Positions 55,904-64,000 of a stretch of 64,000 bases of DNA are shown here, piece by piece. This stretch comes from Schizochytrium sp. TIO01 (lineage: Eukaryota > Protista > Bigyra: Labyrinthulomycetes): contig SMSO01000014.1 in assembly GCA_004764695.1 (NCBI GenBank), positions 2,103,648-2,167,647 on the forward strand, written 5' to 3'. A program made the translations under genes and the position numbers. A model generated the notes under the pieces. It made no database searches, was not told the DNA's origin, and worked only from the letters and a program-made list of their open reading frames with translations. Each line of letters opens with the position of its first letter. The stretch's first letter is position 1.

Positions 55904-56307
55904 TAAACACGCCTATTTCTTACGCTAAACCCTAGTACTCAGAAACGACGTAGCACTACCCATATTCTTAAAAAATATAAAATAGGTACGTCCTAGCTTT
56001 TTAAAACGTGGAAAAGACCTCTCGGCACGCAAAGTAAATGACGAGTGAGGAGTGAACTTATTCTTTTATTCAACTGCATGACATCATTCTATTTTAATTA
56101 AGGAAAATAATATAAAACGAATGAAAAGAAGACTAACACGAGCAGTCTTGTCAATCAAACAAAATACGGAAATCAACCGTTCAATTACTCACTCACTCAC
56201 TCACTCTTTCACGAAATCAAGCGATGAATAGCAAAGCAACAGAGCGCGCTTACAAAAAGCAAACTAACTGTTCATGAGCTACTGCTGGAAGCAGCAGAGC
56301 GGAGCCA

Positions 56308-56338
<31 letters not shown>

Positions 56339-56531
56339 GAAGCTGCTGCAACACGGACTCGGAGGGAGCGTCTGCTCCGTCCAGGCTCGCGCTTCCCTCT
56401 CCGCAACGGCGTTCGCGTTTTCAACCCTGCTCCTTCGCAGCTTCGCAGCTTCGTTTTGGTCGATTCACTGGCATTGATTGATGTATTGGTTAATTGATTG
56501 ATAGATTAATTGACCAAGCCTTCTGACGATA

Positions 56532-56575
56532 ATTCATTCATTCATTCATTCATTCATTCATTCATTCATTCATTC
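56532..56575. repeat. (ATTC)n microsatellite, with a complementary (GAAT)n tract at about 56705-56732
   Basis: 11 units; the inverse-orientation tract starts about 130 bp downstream. Confidence 0.93.
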
Positions 56576-58307
56576 GCCTATTCCCGCCTATGATCACAGA
56601 TCTCGACTCGAAACAGATAGGCCTTTCTTTGGACATTGAAACCATCTGTGCTTCCTTTGACTGATCGCTGTCTGTCTGTTGGACCGCCTTCGTAACGCGT
56701 GACCGAATGAATGAATGAATGAATGAATGAATATCCGTACGCTCGTGTACACAATCTTCGTGTCTGCACCGCAATCAGGCAGCGAGAGCTCGAAGAGAGC
56801 CGCCTCGAGAATAAAGAGAGACATCTTCATAGAAACCCCTTTTCAGATGGGGTTCGAGCAGCATTGTAAACTACCTACCTTGGGCTGCAATAGGGAAGAA
56901 GAGCCCAACGAACTACGAAGGTACTACTGCTGCTACTAGTACATATCACTTACTCCCTTCCTGGCATCGCTTCCTCGCGCTTTACTTACAGCGAAGTGGA
57001 GATTAGAGGACAAAGCTGACTTATTAAGAGAACAAAACAAAGACTCTGAGATAGCGGGAGATGATCTGATTGATCAGTGGCAGCAAAGCCACGCAAGGTT
57101 CTTCTTCTCAGAGAACTTTGGGGGTTTTCTTCAACAACATTCCTGTTTATGGGTGTTATTATTGCTGTTGTTTCCTCAAGCGGACCTCTTCTTCTGCGAT
57201 GGAAAAGCATCAACGAAAATGGACGGGGCTGGAGCCTCCTCGCACACTCCATCAATGTAGAGTGTGCTCTGACTGGCACGCCGCACTTTTGAGCAGCATT
57301 AGGGCGGTTTGTCTGACAGACTCAGTCAGGCAGTCAGGTAATAGTTCTTCGTGTCAGTCCTTACAAAGTTATTTTCTTAAAGCGCGGGGCGGCTTCTCCA
57401 TGTTCCAAAACCAGGTCAAGTCAACTCGCATCAGGGAACGCACAAGAACACGGCCTCCTCCACAAGGCTCCTAACGCGTGCGTAGGAGGTGCTAGCTATC
57501 TAAAGACCACGAAGTTGAAGAACGAGTTGGAGATAACAGGCTTGAAAAACGAGGAGAGAAACGAGAGAGGCAAGCGTTCGTGGAATCAAAACAAATAGTT
57601 GCTTTAGTGTTTTTTTAAAAAATATATTTTTTAATTATTTTTTAAAAATAAAAAAATGAACTGTTTGAAATGTTTTATTTTAAAAGAAGTTCAAAGAACA
57701 GACATGGATAAAAAGCTGATTTATTTGTCGCCATTATTGAGAATACGAATATTAATTGTCCTCGTCATAGTTGTAACGACGAAGATATGGAATCGCAATT
57801 CTGTGATGAGATCGAAGAGATAGGTACATCATGGAGAGGACCAAAAGCTTCGTTTATACCTTATTCAAAACCCATCCATTATACAGTTAGAATCGAATAG
57901 AAAAGAGAAGACTATTATACTGGACTATCTGAATAGACTATCAGAATAGATTATTCAAATCGACTAGAATAGACTAGAATAAATTATATATTATTTAAGT
58001 AGAACTTACTAAGATGCGACATGCTAAACTATAATTTACCAAAATAAAAAGGGAGTTTCGCCTTCCTCGTGATTGCGTTGCGCTCGATCAAATTCGCTGT
58101 TGCATCTGCAAACTTACCGTTCCATGGCCCCAGCAAAGCTGCCCAAACTCACGAAAGCCAATCGAGAGAAAGCCATCCTTTGCGCCATATCCAGCGCGCG
58201 CTGCCTCAGCCGCGACATCGATGACGCAGGAGGGAGACCGTCTGACTGACTACCGACCTGTTGTCTGTTTGGTCCCATCATTGCTCAACCTTAGTTAAGG
58301 TCTGTCG

Positions 58308-58571
58308 TTTGTTTGTTTGTTTGTTTGTTTGTTTGTTTGTTTGTTTGTTCAAGTTTATTTATTTAGTTAAGATTATCCAATTGTTTATAAAATGTTCAAG
58401 TTTATTTGTTTGTTTCTTCAAGTGTATTTATTTGGTTAAGATTGCCAGATTGTTTATTACATGTTCAAGTTTGTTGGTTTGTTTGTTTGTTCAAGTTTTT
58501 TTGTTCGTTCTTGTTTATTTATTTGTTTCTTCAAGTGTATTCATTTGGTTAAGATTGCCAGATTGTTTATT
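58308..58571. repeat. (TTTG)n tract plus three copies of a 40-50-bp motif (CAAGTGTATTYATTTGGTTAAGATTGCCAGATTGTTTATT)
   Basis: Copies at about 58348-58388 (diverged), 58409-58458 and 58522-58571; the last two differ at one position. Confidence 0.85.
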
Positions 58572-59417
58572 GTATGTTTGTCCTGAGTGGGAAAACATCG
58601 TAGGACCATTTGAAAACGCCAATCCATCGCACGAGCCAATTAATGAGTCACCGCGCCTGGGGCCTAGGAGTTGACATGACCCGAGCGAGGAGGCCTCAGT
58701 GCGCCTGGAGCGTTGAGATGTCCCGTATGTATGTGGGCGGCAACGGACTCGCTTTGGAGCGAGCGCGCCCAAGTCCCTGAATGCGCTGGAGTGATTCTGC
58801 TCCTTTGGCCGGGTCCCTCGGCCCGTCGTGGGCTGGGGATGCTGGAGGTCCGTGCGTGAAGGAAGGAAGGAAGGAAGGAAGGAAGTAAGTAAAACCCTCG
58901 CCTCGTCGAGCCTGGGACCGCCATCCTGAAGAAGACATCCTCGAGGGGCGGGCTGATGGACTGCGAGCAAGCAAGTCTCTGTGCGCTAGCTTTCGTCTTT
59001 GCGGTGCGTGTGGATCCATGCGCATTGCAGGGAACGTTGGATTTTGCAAGCACCGCAAACCCAGCTGTGCCCACCCGCCTGGAGGGAGGGCTTTCCGTCT
59101 GCAGAACCGATCGATCGGTGGATCGACGGATGGATCAATTCAATTCGTCAGCCCGTTCATTTTTTTGCCCATCGATGTGCAATTCTGCTCGCTCGCGCTA
59201 AGTTTGTGCAGCGACTCCACTTGACGAAGGACCCTCCTCCGCGCTGCTTCTTGCAGAGACGCCGGCGCTATCGATTCGTCTGGCGGGCGTGGAGGTCAAC
59301 CGAGGTGGGCCTTTGCGAGAGAACCGTCTGTGCCTTTTCCTTCGCGAGAGCGAACGGGCAATCTCGAGGAGACTCAGTCGAACCCGTTGGCTCATCCTTC
59401 GTTGAGCTGCTTTTTTC

Positions 59418-59469
59418 AGCATCGATAACAACTGCTTCAGCATCAATAACAACTGCTTCAGCATCGATA
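59418..59469. repeat. 21-bp tandem repeat (AGCATCRATAACAACTGCTTC), about 2.5 copies
   Basis: Directly visible. Confidence 0.85.
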
Positions 59470-62400
59470 GCGATGCCTGTGTCAGTCAAACTCGAAGTCT
59501 GCTCATCGTATGGAAATGCATACCCATTGGGATCTATGCGGTCAACTGCATATTATTACTCCAGAGCTAGAAGAAAAAGAAAACTTTTGATTTCAAAGTC
59601 ACAAGATTATTATTTTATGTAAAAAGTATACATTCAAGTTTTTATTTTTTGTTTTTGTTTTATTATTTATTTATTGGAAAGCAAGAGTAAGCTTTCTCTG
59701 ATTTCGAAAACAATTCATTTTGGGATACGATGGTGATCGAACTTGAAAATAAAATAGACAACACACTAAGATATCGTTGAAACGCAGGCAAGCACCAGAC
59801 TCCGGTACCGCTCCGCAAACTTGCGTGCAGGCGCATGTACCACCATTGATCTAATTGTCACGTACCAGACCGAAGCATTTACCCGGGGCAGTCCCAAGGG
59901 CGCCTCGCAGGTCTTTTCGCAAACAAACAGCTCTCGAAGAGCTAGCTTTCTGGCGTCTCGAGAGTTTCTCATGTTGTAGCAAACGGGGTGTGTACCGGCC
60001 AAGCAAGCACCCTGTTATATATAGCAGACCAGCTGTAGCTATGCTTTCTTATAACTTGTAGTCTTGCTTACTATAGCTGCTAACTAGGCTGTATAGAGCG
60101 CTTTGGGAGAGCTCACGGAGCAGGGTCAATTCTAACTTCCCAGATTTGTTGATTACTTGGCTCTGTGCAATGGGCGTCTTGATGGGATCGGCTGCATTCG
60201 GCGATGGTGATGAGGACTTTTGCTTCTAGTGCTCCGTCGAGCTTTACTGGCTGGTTTTGGTTTTCTTTATCCTTTTGGTCAGGCGATGGCTGTTGACTCG
60301 GGTTGCTTTGTAGCAGGAGCGATATTGAAAGGCATTGGCCGAACGTTCCACCGCCCACTCGGTTCTTTGAGGGCCATCATCGATGGTGCACGCGCGTACC
60401 GTCGTCTCTTTGTCAGTTAGTTAGTGAGCTTTGAGGGCGGTCTTTCTTAGGCGCTTATCGTTTCTTTCAGGATTACAATAGTTTTCATCCTTCGTTCGTT
60501 GCCCCAAAGTGCTATGAAGAGCGATCGTGAGCGATTGAGGCTGCTGAAGTCTCGATTGATTGACTTCGAGGCTTCTTCGTTGCAGATATTGTTGGGCTCG
60601 GTCGAGTCTGGCTTGAAAGTGAGCAAAACGCGTTGCCTGTGTGGAGACTGAGTCTTTGTTGCAGAGCTTTGCGGTGAAGATTTCGAGGCGAAAAGAGTAA
60701 GGGCGAGGGAGCAAGAACACCTATTGCCAATCTCGAACCGCGGGATTTAGCAGTTAATCCACGGCTGTCGATCGCTGGTTAGCCTAGCAAGATCACTATG
60801 TTCTATCCTTCTAGGCATCGTGCATGAAGAGAAGGAAATCCATCCGAAATTGAACATGCAAACAAATAAGCGGTACCTTTCTCCAGAGTTCGAACTACTT
60901 AAAAAATAAAAGATGTATATTAATAATTGATAATTCGAAGTAATTAAAATAAAATCGATCATGCTTCGAGTCTCGTTTTTATAAGAAATCCACAGCGGCT
61001 AATACTGACCGAATTCTTATTGAAGTGCTTTGCTGTTTAAAGTTCTGGTTTGTTTGTAATTATAGAATAAACAGAAGAAGAAAGAGTGATGTCGAAAAGA
61101 AGAGTCAAGTGCAAATTCAAAAAGGAATTCGAGGATTATTAATAATTTGCAGTAAAACATTAATATATTTTTTTAAAAAAGAAATTATTTATTTAAAGAA
61201 AAAAGGAAATATACAAGTGAAGACTTCTTCAAATTTTGATCTTTAAAAGAAACTAAAAGAAACTTTCATCACTGCCAGGACAGCACTGAACAAAGTACAG
61301 GCTCTCCCCATGGTGACTCCCAGGAAAGAGTATAAAATCAGAAAAGTCTTCATTTATTTGAGAACTGAGGAAACGACCGATAGAGAAAAGTAGCAGTGCC
61401 AAGGCTCAAGAAAGCGAGCGGTACCCGGCGATTTCCTGAGCGGCGAAATTGCCCGAGCTCCAAACCGCTAGAGATATATTTAGGACTTATTAGGAGCACC
61501 AGGATGACGTCATTTGCTGAGGCGAGTTCATATTGTTTATCGGCACTGGATTAAAAACGCACAATGGTGGAAGGATCAATCGCGATTAATTTCGAAGGTC
61601 TTCAAAAACACGAGCGAGCACGCATGTAATTCATGAGATACCCTTTAACTAAATATATGTTAGCTTCTTTTTTATGAAAGTTATCAAGGAACAGTCGTAA
61701 AATTGAAGATGGCCCTTCGGGGATGTGCAAACGATCGATATGCGATTGTCTAGCCAGTTATATCATAACTGCCAAGGTAGCTATGCTGGTGGCTTTCTCT
61801 ACAAGAACATAGTAGTAAATAGATCTCACGAGGAGCTTGAACATGTATGTGCGAAGGAAGGAAGGTATGTACCTAAAAAAAGGTACCTGATATACATATG
61901 GTCCTGGGAAAGAAGAAGTTTGAAAACTAATGATCCAGGAAAAGTAATTTTGAAGTAGAAGAAGGCTGGGCAAGCGAGTATATGACACCCGGCGCTACTT
62001 CCTTCGTGGAGGCTGTGTTGTGTACAGTTTTGAGTAGCGCGTTGGGTTTAGCCATTCGGTTGGGGGAGTGCCTAGTTGAGAGAGATGATAAGTAAGCGCC
62101 GGCGCCTTCAATAGATGAAAGTCGGCGCTCTTTCTTTGCCCTCAGGATCTCCGGGACCACTTTCTGGTTTTATTTTTTCTTTGGCATTTCTTATTATCTG
62201 GAGGATCAGGCCTGAAACTTTTAAAAGTGCTTGCTCCTTATTCGTGCTTAAGGAGGAGTTCAGGAAAAAACTGCATATGTCGCTCTGAGGCGCTGCTGCG
62301 TTTGGAAAGCTGACATGTCGCTGCGACCTTTTCGAAGATCTGGAACGTCTGCCGCCCAGTTCATGTACACATCGGTGCTTCCCTTCCGCTATTACCAGTT

Positions 62401-64000
62401 TGTCGCCCTCTTTTATCGATCCGGCAGTGTACTCTCTTGAGCCAGTCCCGTCTCTCTCTGTTTTGCTTCTTCACTTTCAAGTTGGACTTACTTTTTTCTT
62501 TTGTTTTGTTTTCTTTTCTTTCAGAACTCTGTTATTTCGAAGTGCCAGAACGTAGATTTTATGATGATGTTTGTGCTCTGTTTTCCACTGTGGATGTATA
62601 GTTATGGTAAATAACATTTCATAAATTAAAAGAAAATGTTTCTACACGAACTAAACAAGAGTCGGTGCTGCCTGTTTATGACTTAAGTTTAGCCGCAATA
62701 ATCAGCTGATTGACGAATCCATGCTTGCGACGCTGCCATCAGCCACATACTTCAGGCTTATTGAAGAGTGTCATATTCTGGCTGCCTTGTGGTGCTACAC
62801 GAGGAGTGCAAAATATTTTCTCCCACGCCCATCATGTCTTTGAGGTTGATGTTTCAAAAACACCAAAGTGTGGAATGATGTAATAAAGGAACGCTTTTGC
62901 TCCAGCCTCTGTAATAAAGGGTGCATATATCCTTAGCTACGTTATAGTCAAAATTTTACGCCCTTAATTCTGGCAGTAAGTTCGGGTCTTGAAACACGTG
63001 CCTGTACTGCTTGATTAAAAGTGCGTTTTCTTTTTAAAAGTAGAAGAAGTAAATATCTTCCAAGAATATTTACTGCTTATGTTCATAATTGCCGAGTGAA
63101 CAGAACAGCAAAGGTGGGAGTGCTGATTCCATTCAGTTGATTATTTTCAAGAATCCTATTTCGTCAGAAGATGTATACCTATACATAGATGTAGATATAT
63201 CAAGGTGAGTTGCGAAGTAGTTTTGGGAGCTGGTTTATAAGCCAAGCTTGAAAGCAAGTATTTTTCAGTTGTTGTTGTTGATTAGACAAAGGTTTCCCTC
63301 CCGCCTCTTGTTTATTCTTATTTTCTATTTTTGAATTAATTTTTTAATTTGAAGATTGGGCTATTGCTTCGATGCTTTTCATATGTCACCAAACCTAAGC
63401 CTCTGCTATGGCAAGCTCAACCTCTATTTATATGCGCAGGCACGCCACACGTTAGTTTCCTGAAAGCCATTTATTTAAAGGCAAATGATCTGAGCAGTAC
63501 ACACACGGAATGTCTGCTTCGATGCATTACTTTTCGATGCCTGCAGATAGATAGATCTATTGTGGCGTGCGCCCGAACACTCGGGCCGTATTCGTGCGTG
63601 CTGATGCAACTGTCTATCTAGATATCTTCACGTGTGTATAGCTCGGTCGGCCTGTCTTTGTGATGAATGTATGTATGAATGAATGTTTGCTTGTTTCTTT
63701 GCACGCATGCATGCATCTCTGTATCTCTGTCTAGAACTGGGTTCGAGCGAGTGTTTGGGGTACGCGCCCAATCAACGCACAAGGAGCGCCAACAGAGGGA
63801 CAGTTTCAGGAGCGACAGAATAAAGAGAAGTTTCCGCCTTTGGGCCCAAGCAAAGTCGGGAATTTTATCGTCAGAGCGATGACGGCGCACGAACGAGGAA
63901 GTTGGTTGGTTGTGTCATGCCGCTCCAAACTCGGCAACTAAAGCTGGAGATCGCGGGTCCTGCCACCCATGCATGCATGCTGCATGCATCATGCATCGCA

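Noticed and set aside
55481-55928. ORFs encoding (FVCL)n and (KQTN)n
   Set aside because: Translation artefacts of the (AAAC)n microsatellite.
60720-60790. tRNA-like GGTTCGAGA plus hairpin on the minus strand
   Set aside because: No acceptor stem, D-arm or correct spacing.

Overview
Eukaryotic nuclear DNA with compact, apparently intron-free genes and many tetranucleotide microsatellites. The style suggests a stramenopile protist such as a thraustochytrid; this is inference only. Positions 1-43.4 kb are gene-dense. They encode a TXNDC9/PhLP3-like protein, an orphan with a possible TPP1/Est3-like OB fold, TMEM145-like, an ARM-RasGEF-VPS9 protein, SPF30-like, tRNA-Pro(UGG), METTL2/6-like, a BART-domain protein, a cNMP-RGS protein, a probably mitochondrial DEDDh exonuclease, a small probably mitochondrial protein, a METTL21-like methyltransferase fused to Rit1, TFIIH p44, a DIX-like/NAK kinase, syntaxin, an SPX-membrane protein and DNAJC25-like. 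Positions 43.4-64 kb are gene-poor, with one orphan ORF, transposon debris and many simple repeats. The most notable hidden feature is at about 45.7-46.4 kb on the minus strand. It is a decayed, internally deleted IS607-family element: serine-recombinase TnpA motifs join directly to TnpB/Fanzor2 RNA-guided nuclease motifs, recognisable only across frameshifts. Several unusual domain fusions are also worth follow-up. All domain calls come from motif recognition by eye; no searches were run.
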